A DNA stretch of 21,280 bases, taken from the NCBI GenBank assembly GCA_002269645.1, contig NIVC01005207.1, positions 1-21,280 on the forward strand, read 5' to 3'. Position numbers and translations under genes: made by a program. This document shows, piece by piece, positions 9,473 to 19,615 of this stretch (position 1 is the first letter of the stretch; each line of letters starts with the position of its first letter). This DNA comes from Macrostomum lignano. Taxonomy: Eukaryota. The notes beneath the pieces were generated by a model that had not been told where the DNA came from, did not search any database, and saw nothing but the letters and a program-made list of their open reading frames with translations.

Positions 9473-9500
9473 CGAACCAAAGGTTCGAGGACTTTGTCCG
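9473..9500. repeat. 28-bp double mini-hairpin CGAACC-AAA-GGTTCG-A-GGAC-TTT-GTCC-G
   Basis: Two perfect stems with triloops; second copy at 4796-4823 differs only in loops and linker. Confidence 0.85.
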
Positions 9501-9515
9501 TTTCCTATAGTAAAA

Positions 9516-9695
9516 ATGGGTAATAATAATAATAATTTACTAAAAAAACAATCAGAAAAAGTTAAAAAAGCTGAAGATAATTACGAACTAGAACTAGCAA
9601 AATTAAGGCAGTTACAAGCTGATAAAATAAGAAAGGAATTGTTAAAACCCACACCTACGAAACTAACTAAAACCAAGAGTTTTTCAGGAACATAA
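9516..9695 (+). CDS. Small basic protein, 59 aa (MGNNNNNLLKKQ..SFSGT), not in the ORF track
   Basis: TAAAAATG start, open frame filling the gap between penton and protease. Confidence 0.6.
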   Translation: MGNNNNNLLKKQSEKVKKAEDNYELELAKLRQLQADKIRKELLKPTPTKLTKTKSFSGT

Positions 9696-9696
9696 A

Positions 9697-10109
9697 ATGA
9701 CCATGACGTGGGATGATTTTAAACAAAGATATGGAACAGACACAACAAGCAATATCGAATTAACAAATTGGGCGCGGCAGTTAAAAATAAAACCATTTAG
9801 ATGTGTTATGCGAGATGAGATAAAAGACTTACCAAATATGGATGTTTCATTGTTAATATTGAAACAACAAAAGAAAATGGTGTTCATTGGTCAGCAGTTT
9901 ATTCAAAACTAAAACTTGTTTATTTTTTTGATTCATACGCGCTTCCTCCGTTACAGGAAATAAAAGACAAATTTAATCATACTAAAAATCGTTTATGTGG
10001 AGATCATCACGAACAGTTTCAAACCTTTGATAAAAGTTATTGCGGGCAAGCGGCGTTGTATTTTTTATATCGACTTTCGAATGAAGCTCGTGTAAACCCA
10101 AGTATTTAA
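9697..10109 (+). CDS. Adenain/Ulp1-like cysteine maturation protease, 1 frameshift
   Basis: TSNIEL, GVHWSAV (His), YFFDSY (Asp), QTFDKSYCGQ (Gln, Cys); may extend to 10133. Confidence 0.9.
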
Positions 10110-10143
10110 GATATTTTAGACTCTATAAAATAGACAGTAAAAA

Positions 10144-12184
10144 ATGTTATTTTCTGGAACACCCTCATGGAACGGAACATCAAGTACTGGTGGTGGTACT
10201 TCTGGTGGAATAAGTGTTACATTCGGAGATAACCGATATATTAATGAAGATGAAGGTTATAAAAAAAGTGAAGTTGATACTAAACTAAATTTAAAAAGAA
10301 ATGTTGCAGATTCCTATACCAAAACTCAAATAGATAATTCCCTAAATTTAAAACGGAACGTAGCCGATTCATATACAAAAACAGAGGTTGACAATGGGTT
10401 AAATTTAAAAAGAGATATAACTGATTCTTATTCTCGAACTCAAATAGATGATTCATTAAATTTAAAACGCAATACGGCCGATTCTTATACCAAAACTGAA
10501 GTTGATAATTCCCTAAATTTAAAAAGAGATATAACTGATTCCTATACCAAAACTGAAGTTGATAATTCCCTAAATTTAAAAAGAGATATAACTGATTCCT
10601 ATACCAAAACTGAAGTTGATAATTCCCTAAATTTAAAAAGAGATATAACTGATTCTTATAGCAAAACTGAAGTTGATAATTCCTTAAATTTAAAAAGAGA
10701 TATAACTGATTCCTATACCAAAACGGAGGTTGATAATTTAGTTGGAGGTGGAGCCTTAAAGCAGGATCGATTCCAAACGGTTGAAACTGGTCACATACCT
10801 ACCATGGCAGATTGGAGTGGAAATGGTTTTGCAATAACCGCAAGCACTGCATTTAATACAACTGATTTTGCAAGTTGGAAAGCGTTTGATGGTAATGATT
10901 CAACAGATTGGGCAACAAATAATACTCAAACCGATTATTGGATTCAAGTCCAATGCCCTTCCGCAATAATGTGTTATAAAATTGATTTACGTGGTAGGCC
11001 ATCACCTTCAACCGAGCACCCAGCATCATGGCGATTTGAGGGAAGTAATGACAATACAAGTTGGGACGTATTAATACCTGCGGATAGTTCTGTAGCAATA
11101 AATAACTCAACTCAAACAATTAATGTCACACAAAATTTTGATAAAACATATTCATATTTCAGATTGTTCTGTCTTACATCAACCTCGGGTTCAACCAACC
11201 CGGGTCTGTCAACCTTCCAGATTTATAGACAGACGTTTACAATTCTTGATTTAAATTTGGGAGTGGTTAATCAATCAATTGATATGGGAGGTAATACAAT
11301 TACTAATATCTCTACTATAAACAATAACAGTTCTGTTGTTACTAAAGGTTATGTTGATACGCGAGTAACACAAACGGCGGATGGCCGAATGTCTTTTAAC
11401 GATAAAATAAAATTGGATGGAATACCTGCAATCGATGCCGCTTTGTACGAGCCTGTAATTTGCAATTGGACTGGATATCAAAACCCAACCACAGCCGGTG
11501 ATATTTTTCCAACTGGAAGTTTTGTTGGAGATGCTTATATATTGATTATCAAAATGGAGCTAGAATTACTGATGAAGCAAGTGGTCAGTCTGGAGCGTTG
11601 CAATTTAATTTCACCCATTTTCGTAATATCTCCGCCTCCTTCTATTTCCGAGTTGCTAATGCTACAGGAGATGGTGCTGATGCGGTTTGGTTTTATGCAT
11701 ATTGTCACGAACGTCCAACAAGTGAATTTGGATCCGGGTTAACAACCCGCGCCGGCTTGATTGTGTTTGCGAGTGAATGGCGATAGAGTTGGGGTTGTTT
11801 GGAGTAATATAAAATCAGACGGTGCAACAGTTCGTAATGATGTTCTTAATGACGCAGATCAAACTATAACTATGCAATATTGATAACGGCGATTGGCATC
11901 TTTTTGAAATTAATATTTTAAATCAAAGAGTTTGGTATCAAATAAGCACATACAATGTATCAGCTAATACATATACGCTAATTGGGCAAAACTTTTTTAC
12001 ATATGATAGTGGAACTTGGGGAGATTTAGATAAAACGGGAACTCTTATGGGTTTTGGTGCTCGAACTGGAGGAGCAGATGCCGCACATTTTATTCGTGGT
12101 GCAGCCGTTTGTGGTAGCACATCAGCAGGATATGATTTTGCTGCGACCGCATATTTGGAACGGCCACAAACCGAAATAACTTAA
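10144..12184 (+). CDS. Fibre/receptor-binding protein: 19-aa repeat shaft, F5/8C (discoidin)-like domain, L-type lectin-like domain; about 3 frameshifts
   Basis: YTKTEVDNSLNLKRDITDS repeats; WKAFDGND..WIQVQC..WRFEGSNDNTSW; IDMGGNTITNI..VVTKGYVD; QSGA..SFYFRV..GADAVWF, DNGDWH, MGFGARTGGADAAHFI. Confidence 0.75.
10258..10737 (+). repeat. Coding 57-bp tandem repeat, about 8.5 copies
   Basis: Eight LNLKR units in frame. Confidence 0.95.
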
Positions 12185-12228
12185 ATCAGCTAATGCTGCG
12201 ATATATAACATAAATATTTATATATAAA

Positions 12229-12554
12229 ATGGCTTTTAGTAGAACCCATCGATGCGGCAAAATAATGTTATTATTCCTATTCCTAAACAAGAATCAAATA
12301 TAAAAACATTCAAATCTCATACCAAATTTTTATTTAGTACTGTAAATGTTCAGGATAATAAGAAGCTTCAAGAATTAATTAAGTTATTAAAAAATCATAT
12401 TATACTTCAAGAGTTTTGGAAAATAGGATTTAAATGGGAGAAAAAAGAAAGAATCACTCCAATACAATACCTATTGAGCTCGGGACAAATACCCAAAGAG
12501 CGTGGGGAAATCATTTTGGTGCTATTAAAAATAGACGAGAATGTCGGTATCTGA
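12229..12554 (+). CDS. Hypothetical protein, about 100 aa
   Basis: ORF 12252-12554; probable true start TATAAAATG at 12229 via one frameshift. Confidence 0.5.
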
Positions 12555-13105
12555 AGCAGATAAATGGGAACGCGACCGGTTCAACCAACGTAAAGGTCAG
12601 ATGTTAAGTAATGTTGATCGTATTAACTATGATTATGATTTATATACTAAAAAAGTAAGAAGAGTTTCAAACCATATAAGAAATATGGATTTTTTCAATA
12701 TTGGATTTGGAAGCTTATCAATGTTATGTGTAATCGTTTTAGGTATTTTACAATCTATTCCAACTCTTAATTTATCTCAATTATTTTTAGGTATTTCAAT
12801 TGGCTCAATATCAGGTTTTGAATGATCAGAAACTTATCAATACTTTTAGCAATTAAATTATATCTTAAAAAACGAAAGGAAAAATATAAATCATTAAGAG
12901 ATGTTGCAAAACAATATAAAAACAGTTATATTTATATGTGCAAAAAATATTGGATGATGGAGAGATAACGATTCATGAATTATCAACCGCGGTTGAATTA
13001 TATGAAAAATATTTAAAAGATAGAAATAGAATTTTAGATGTTGAAACTTTTACCGATATGGAATTAAGGAATTGCGTTTGGACAAACCCAAAGCTCCTCC
13101 GATAG
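12541..13105 (+). CDS. Conserved Polinton two-helix membrane protein (resembles the family called GasderminX in adintoviruses), 1 frameshift
   Basis: Hydrophobic hairpin followed by basic stretch and KKILDDGEITIHE..YEKY; possible shifted extension to 13161. Confidence 0.55.
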
Positions 13106-13153
13106 AAACTATAGAATACAAACCGAAACTATGCTATGGGACAAAGCCCGAGG

Positions 13154-13666
13154 TCAGGTAGTGCGGTAGAACTTAATGTTGTTTAATTTTTCTAATGCAT
13201 ATGTTATATATTCTTCCCAAAGTGGTAACTCTCTTCTGATCCTAGGTTTAAATTTTTTATCAATACATAAAAATTCCAATGACTTTTTCAGTAACATTTC
13301 GTTAGGTATGTTACCTATCCTTATAAACTTTGTATTCTCTCGAATAAGAAAATTAAAATAATATCCAACTAAAATTAAAATCCTTTCGGAGTCTTTCGAA
13401 CTTAATCCCTTTCCTTTATTTAAATGGAAAAAGTTATTATATAAATAAACATTATTTCCGGGAATTAAAATTGGATGAGAAATGTCCATTGTAAGATTTC
13501 TTAAAATTGTATTTTTAAAATAGTAATATGAGTTTTCAATCTTTTTTGTTTTTTCAAATTGATATATTTTAGAACATGAATAGCACATATGATATATATC
13601 TCCGTTTGCTGTTTGAGCTCTGTGCATAGTCACGTTACATTTATTACATTCGTAAATGTCTTTCAT
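13154..13666 (-). CDS. Zinc-ribbon protein, candidate VLTF3-like late transcription factor, 170 aa
   Basis: CNKC..CYSC N-terminus; C-terminus LLKKSLEFL..LWEEYI..KFYRTT* loosely recalls VLTF3 endings. Intact ORF; function tentative. Confidence 0.45.
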   Translation of the reverse strand: MKDIYECNKCNVTMHRAQTANGDIYHMCYSCSKIYQFEKTKKIENSYYYFKNTILRNLTMDISHPILIPGNNVYLYNNFFHLNKGKGLSSKDSERILILVGYYFNFLIRENTKFIRIGNIPNEMLLKKSLEFLCIDKKFKPRIRRELPLWEEYITYALEKLNNIKFYRTT

Positions 13667-13693
13667 TTTTTTTGTTATTTTTTTAGATTAAAA

Positions 13694-14026
13694 ATGGAGA
13701 GCTGGTTCAAAACCGATTCTAATGTGATTAATTATCTCACACCCAATATGTTGGAGAATAAAGAATATAATATTATATGTTTGAGACAGGTTAAATTTAT
13801 TGGGCTTCAATCAATATTTTTACAATTAGATGGGCAAAAAATTTTATGTCTAAGCGGAGATGATGTTAAAAATTTTCCTGTTTTAGTTATTAATAAACCA
13901 AAAGCGTTTGTTATGAAATACAGTCTGGAGAGTGGGTTGCAATTTAAACTAAAACAACCAAAAAATAAAAAGAGTGACAGGACTGTAAAATTGGCTTCGG
14001 TTTGGGAGGATGACGACGAAGACTAA
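13694..14026 (+). CDS. Hypothetical protein, 110 aa, acidic C-terminal tail
   Basis: TAAAAATG at 13694 (within track ORF 13589-14026); ends WEDDDED. Confidence 0.65.
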   Translation: MESWFKTDSNVINYLTPNMLENKEYNIICLRQVKFIGLQSIFLQLDGQKILCLSGDDVKNFPVLVINKPKAFVMKYSLESGLQFKLKQPKNKKSDRTVKLASVWEDDDED

Positions 14027-14112
14027 ATTTTTTTATAAGAAAATGGAGACAATAAAAATCCTTATCACTAAAGAGCGCGAACTTAATGATATTAATAAAA
14101 AATTTAAATAAA

Positions 14113-14259
14113 ATGTTTTATAGTGTTTATGGGGACGATATGTTTCCCATCCGATATGAGATAGATAAAAGAAAACGTTTTATTAAATCTGCAATTGTTT
14201 ATGCTGAAACAGTAATTGAAATTGAAATAGATAGGTTGGTTAGACGAATAAAAACTTAG
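14113..14259 (+). CDS. Small hypothetical ORF, 48 aa
   Basis: TAAAATG start, open frame; may join a short upstream ORF at 14043. Confidence 0.3.
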   Translation: MFYSVYGDDMFPIRYEIDKRKRFIKSAIVYAETVIEIEIDRLVRRIKT

Positions 14260-14362
14260 GAAAAAAGTAAAGAATGTTTAAGTTACCCCCGACTGTGAGG
14301 ACAATTGGTGCTCAATAAAATATGAAATTGAAATGGATATTATGCTTAAACAATTACATGCT

Positions 14363-17300
14363 TTAGTTTTTTTCAAGTGCTAATTCATCAATATCGAACT
14401 CAAAACAATTATAGTCAACGTCAAATAGTAAACTGTTATAATATTCAATTGAATGTTCATGCTGTGGTTTGTCATCAAAATAGTTTTTAAAGAATGGTTT
14501 CATAACTCCGTTTTTATCCGGTTTTTCTCTTTTAAATGTGTTTATCGTAGAGGTATATGTTTTTGATATTGTTGATCCGCTTTGAGGAATTGTTATACCA
14601 CCTTCAAATGATCGTTTCCACGGAGCATTATTATTTACTTTTATTGACTGTCCATCATATAAAGTTTTAAACGATGCAAAATTAATCTTATCGTTTGCAC
14701 ATCCTTTAAATGTTTTTTTCTCTTCCATAATAAAATCGTCTTTCAATAAAAGACAATATTTAATTTTAGGAGCGATAAAATATCCGAATATAATTCCACC
14801 CTCTCCATAATCATTTTTTCCTTGACTTATTATTTCCAACGTGCCCGTTTTTATTTAATGTGTCCCAATGTTTTTTATGTATATATAACGAATCTGTATC
14901 GCCGTAATAAATTTCTGGAGTCTTTGAGCCCTCTATAGAGGTAATAAAATTATTCATGATCCTTCTTGAATGAGCTAAGATAAATATTCCTAATTGTGCT
15001 GGACAAAGGCTTGTTATAGGACTTTCCTCTTCCTCATCTACATATTCTTGCGTGTCTTTATTTTTTTCAACATAATATAAATCGTCACATATTTTCTCAT
15101 ATGATTTGATTGTGTCATCGTATTCGGTTTTTAATGTTTGCAAATTCCAGAGATGTGTTGTGAAAGTAATGTCTCTTTGAACTGTTTTGCCATATAATGA
15201 ATTTAATAGTGTTTTTACCAATTCAGAACCTGCCTCGTTATTTTCTTTTTTAAATACTTTTCTCATTTCAAAAAGATTTGTAATATAATTCTGAAACGGA
15301 GAGAAATCGTAATTTTTTTCATATACAATTCCACTATATATCTTTAATATTTTTCCACCCATTCTTACAATTTCTTGTATATCTACGGAACATAAGGTGT
15401 CAATTACTTTTCCGTTTCTAAACCTATTTAATGTTTTTGTTTCGTTTGCTTTTGTTTCCGGATTATAAAATTTCTCTTTATCTTTCGATGGGAGATGTTG
15501 AAGAAAAACGGTGTTAGGATTCTCATACATAATCTTTAAAACCGCTGTTTTTGGTCGAAAGGTTTGTGAATTAAATTGTGCCAAGAAATCTTTTTCCTCG
15601 CTTATATCAAAAACTCTTGCTGTTTCTGCTCTTGGATATTCACTATCCTTATCAGACATGGCAGATGGGTACAACGAAACTCCATCAAAATTCATTAAAC
15701 AATCTGATACGGTACCCAATTGGTTTTTTAGTTTAATTGCGATTTTCTTTTTTTCTTCCATATCGCTTTTGAGATAAGTTGATATAACCTCGCATGGGTC
15801 GCTTGTTGGTATTTTTAAATGGTCTTTTACAACGTCTACATTGTTTGAAAACAGTCGCTTTCATATTTATTTATTAGTGCAAATACTCTACCTCCTTTGA
15901 CTGCGTCCCGCATAAACCTTCTTATATAAGGATTGGTATGAGAGTGAACTGAAAATTCTTTTCTTAATAGTGTTTGGTATTTTGCTTTTTCAAGTTTGCT
16001 TAAGTCAAAATAATCCTCTATTTTCAACGGAGATATTATTTCTTCAACTTTTTTAATGTAATTAGTTTTTTCTTCTGTCTTTAGATATTGTTTCATTTTG
16101 TCTTCAACTCTAACAAAATCTTTAAACCAACATTTTAATGTTAAACTTGAACAGGTAAGAGTATCGAACATTGTCATTCCTCCAATTTCATATGCTATTT
16201 CATTATACTTATGAATACAGGCGCATAAAGAAATAAGATCAAATTGTAAATATTCATACCATTCGTCCATGCGCTCTAGATAGTCGTGTCGTAATGTCGT
16301 GAACCATTGAGGTCTTTCGCAAATCCTCTCTAATTGTCATTGATGAGCAAAACTTTTTTAAACTCATTGAAGCGTGTTGATATGAACAAAGCATCGTAAT
16401 GGTTTGTTTCGAATCCTTATGATTCTTCTTCTTATCTTTGTTTATAAATGCACTAACCTCTTTTGACGCGTAATCGTTTACAAAAGTTATTGATAATATT
16501 CCTCTTGGGGTTTTGAGAATTTTAATTGGTTTTATATTACAAAATAGTGGTATGTATGAATCGAAGCGGGATGAGTTATGCGCGATCAAAACAATCTTTT
16601 TTGACCTAACTGTACCAAGGTATTTAAACATTTTTCTAACACAGTCCATTTTATCTCCATCTGTTTGAAAATCACAACCGCGATCTGATATCAAGATCTT
16701 AGTTAGTTTCTTTATTGTCTCTGGGGTTTCATTACACTTATTAGAAAAGTCGTTATAGTTTAAAAGACCAACCGCATACGGACATGCTTGTTGATTATAA
16801 TTTAAATATGTTTCAAAATCAAATATATATACGTTTGATTTATTGGGATTTGTGGGTGTGTTGAACATTTTTAGCTCCTTAACATTTTCGAGCGTTGGGT
16901 TTTTATATACAACTTTATAATTGTCTTTTATCCGTTCGAGGGCGATTCCTCGTTGTTTATTTGATATAAGACAATAATGCCAATGTGGTAATCGGGTGTG
17001 TGAAATAATTTATTAATAACCAATCGTGGTGAATCCCTCTTTGAGACTTTGGTTCAATGCCACGATTTTTGGTGTTGTACAGCCCTATACTAAGATTAAA
17101 ATGTTCGTTGAATCTTCCAATTCTTGAATTTGTCATTAAACCTCTTTGGTTCTTGAGTCGTACAACCAAGCACCATATTCGTCTTTGGTGGGGCTTTATC
17201 ACCATAAATAAACTGAACACACTTATAGAAACAATTTCCATCACTAGGTATGTAACAGTACTCATCTTTATACTCTGCAATTTCACACATGACATTTGTT

Positions 17301-17943
17301 CCCATACCCTGCTTTGACCTTTCGTGTTTAAGTGTAATTTCGTTTGGTGTCATTTTAAGTCTTCCAGAAAACACACTTAAATTCATGTCGTAATTTTCTA
17401 CCAAATGCTTAAACCAAGCTTGAAATTGACTTATATTATAAAATGTTGCTAAGTATTGATTAATCTCTTCACGATCATCTCCGGTTTTATTATAAAAATA
17501 TTGTACCCTCGCATTAGTAATTTCAACAGCATATCCGTTTGAAAGCTGGGTTTCAATAAAATCTAGACATTCTGCATTGGTTCAAATCGATAAACCCTAA
17601 TAAACTCATCTAATGGTTTTTCATCCGATTTATTCCGAGGTTTCCGACGTGTGGGTTTCTTTTGGTTTTTTTCTAATTCTGCTATTCTTTTTTCATATTC
17701 AGCCTTTTCTATTAATCGCTTCATTTCATATTCTGCCCTTATATTATTTGCTAATGCATTTATTTGTTGGTCTTGTATTTCTCTTTCTCTCTGCCTTTCT
17801 CTCTGTCTTTCTCTTGCTCTTTGGCGGCGTTGTTGTCTTTGGCGCTGTTCAATTTGTTCAATCTGTCTTTGTAATCGATTGAACTGTTGGCGCTCATTTG
17901 CAAGAAGTTGTCGAATCTGATCTGGGGTCAATCTTTGTTCCAT
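14363..17943 (-). CDS. polB: Protein-primed family B DNA polymerase with long N-terminal region; multiple frameshifts
   Basis: Exo YIFDFETY, IAHNSSRFDSY, YLQFDLISL; VKGGRV; NFDGVSLYPSAM; KTLLNSLYGK; YYGDTDSLY; FIAPKIKYC in correct order. Confidence 0.96.
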
Positions 17944-18027
17944 TTTATAGAATATAATTTATATAATGTTTGAATTATTGATTTTTTAATTTTGCGTTTT
18001 TGGTGTCCAGACCCTACCCCCAGGAGC

Positions 18028-18771
18028 CTATTCGAGATCTGCTTTTGGTAATAGCAATCCATTGCCCATAACGTTTGAATTTAAGAAAATTCCTGAACCT
18101 GCTTTTGGTCTCATTTCGAGATATAATCCGCTTCCATCATGTTTTCAATGATGTTAAAATCTTTTCCTAATTTAGTAAAAATCTTCTGAACTGCTGGTCT
18201 AAAATTGGATCCAATATTGTCAAAAAATCCTTTAGCTTTCTCACCCGTTTTTTCTAAAGTTTGACCAAATTCATGTAGTTTATCTGCGACAACTCCACTT
18301 CCTTGGGTTGTTCCTTGTAAAAGTAAACCATTGCCATGATTTGATCCTTTTAGTATTAACCCTTTTCCAGCTGATAACCTAGCTTCTGCATTTCTTTTTT
18401 GCTCAGCTGTTGCTGAACTACTATTAATTGTATCGATAAGTTTTTGTTTAAATTGTGCGTCCTGCGTTATTTGCTGTCTTTGAAATTCTGCATCTCGCTT
18501 TTTCGGCTTTTTCGTCCGCTGCTTTTTTGTCATTTACTGCTTTTGCAATTCCGCTCAGCAACTCCTCCAGCTGCTCCAATTCCTGCAAAAATTATTGGGA
18601 GCAAAGCTGCAAGGGGTAAGATTCCCCCCTGTTTCGCTCTTAACTCTCCTAGCTGTTTTACATTATCATGAATTCTTTTTCCGGCTAAACCGACTGCTCC
18701 AGCTGCGCCAAGCCTAAAAGAAGCGGTAGAATGGGTAGTAATCCACCGTCCTTTTTAGTGTGAGTCTCCAT
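18028..18771 (-). CDS. Core/membrane-lytic precursor protein with GG and GxG putative protease sites, frameshifted
   Basis: KKDGG|LLPILPLLL.., KQGG|ILPLAALLPIIFAGIGAAGGVA..GIAKAVNDKKAA, then GKGLIL, GNGLLL, GSG repeats typical of Polinton core proteins. Confidence 0.7.
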
Positions 18772-18779
18772 TAAAAATT

Positions 18780-19016
18780 TCACATCGAGTCTGTCAACCT
18801 ATAATTTCTGCCGCGATTCTTAAAGGATATTGGCCTTCCTTCTTGTGCATATTTTGCTGCGAGTTTAAATGTATCGATGTCGTAGTCAAACTTTTTACCT
18901 AATCGATCCAATCTTTTTAACATTGTGTGGGTTTGCTTATTATCATCAAGATCTAAAGTATCTACAATTTCTCCTATAAAATATAACCGGTTTTCATCAT
19001 CATTAACTGAGCCCAT
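18780..19016 (-). CDS. Hypothetical protein, 78 aa
   Basis: TATAAAAATG start, intact, co-oriented and tightly packed with neighbours. Confidence 0.6.
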   Translation of the reverse strand: MGSVNDDENRLYFIGEIVDTLDLDDNKQTHTMLKRLDRLGKKFDYDIDTFKLAAKYAQEGRPISFKNRGRNYRLTDSM

Positions 19017-19100
19017 TTTTATATTGTTAAAATTTCTTTAATCCTTTTCCACCTTTAATAGTATTTAACATTTTATTAAAATCCTGAATATCTTTATTAC

Positions 19101-19435
19101 TTATTGGTGCGCTTTTCGTGGGGTTTCTGTTGGTTGTGCGGCTTGGGTTGCTTCCTGTGCTAATTTCAAATCTTTTATTGCTTTTATCTGTGAGAGGGTA
19201 TCGTTAAATTCTCTCAATTTCTTTAGTTCTTCTGCCGCTCTAGCTGCTTCAATTCCTCCTTTTACAGCATTTGTTATAGAACCTGCTGCGGAGCCAGCTT
19301 GCCCTATAAGCCCCATATTGTCTTTAACAAAATTTGCTGCTGTTCCAACCACATCAAAAAGCCCTCACCTCGGTATTCAACTGGGTCTCCTACCTGCAAT
19401 TCATTCAGATTTTGCATATGTGTAACGTGTGTCAT
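19101..19435 (-). CDS. Putative core protein (GEG|FFDVVG amphipathic helix), 1 frameshift
   Basis: ATG at 19435, MTHVTHMQNLNELQVGDPVEYRGEGF joins ORF 19101-19352. Confidence 0.6.
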
Positions 19436-19473
19436 TTTTTGTTCTATTTTTAGTAACAGAAAAAGATTGTCTG

Positions 19474-19570
19474 CATTCCATTTAGACCAGATTTTAGACC
19501 AAATTTTGAAAACGAAAACCAAAACGATAGTCTAGTTTTGTTTGGTCTAAAATCTGGTCTAAATGGAATG
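19474..19570. repeat. Perfect 30-bp inverted repeat with 37-bp spacer
   Basis: CATTCCATTTAGACCAGATTTTAGACCAAA (19474-19503) versus 19541-19570. Confidence 0.93.
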
Positions 19571-19615
19571 TTGGGTGGGTAGGTGAACTGACTATAAATA
19601 GCTTCTATTCTTTCC

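Noticed and set aside
15761-15836. Second intron or intein in the gap between polB fragments
   Set aside because: The gap translates continuously (VDVVKDHLKIPTSDPCEVISTYLKSD) after a frameshift; no splicing motifs.
17613-17920. Hydrophobic plus-strand ORFs
   Set aside because: Antisense shadows of the charged polB N-terminus; likewise 5446-5655, 15511-15777, 17057-17317 and 18444-18671.
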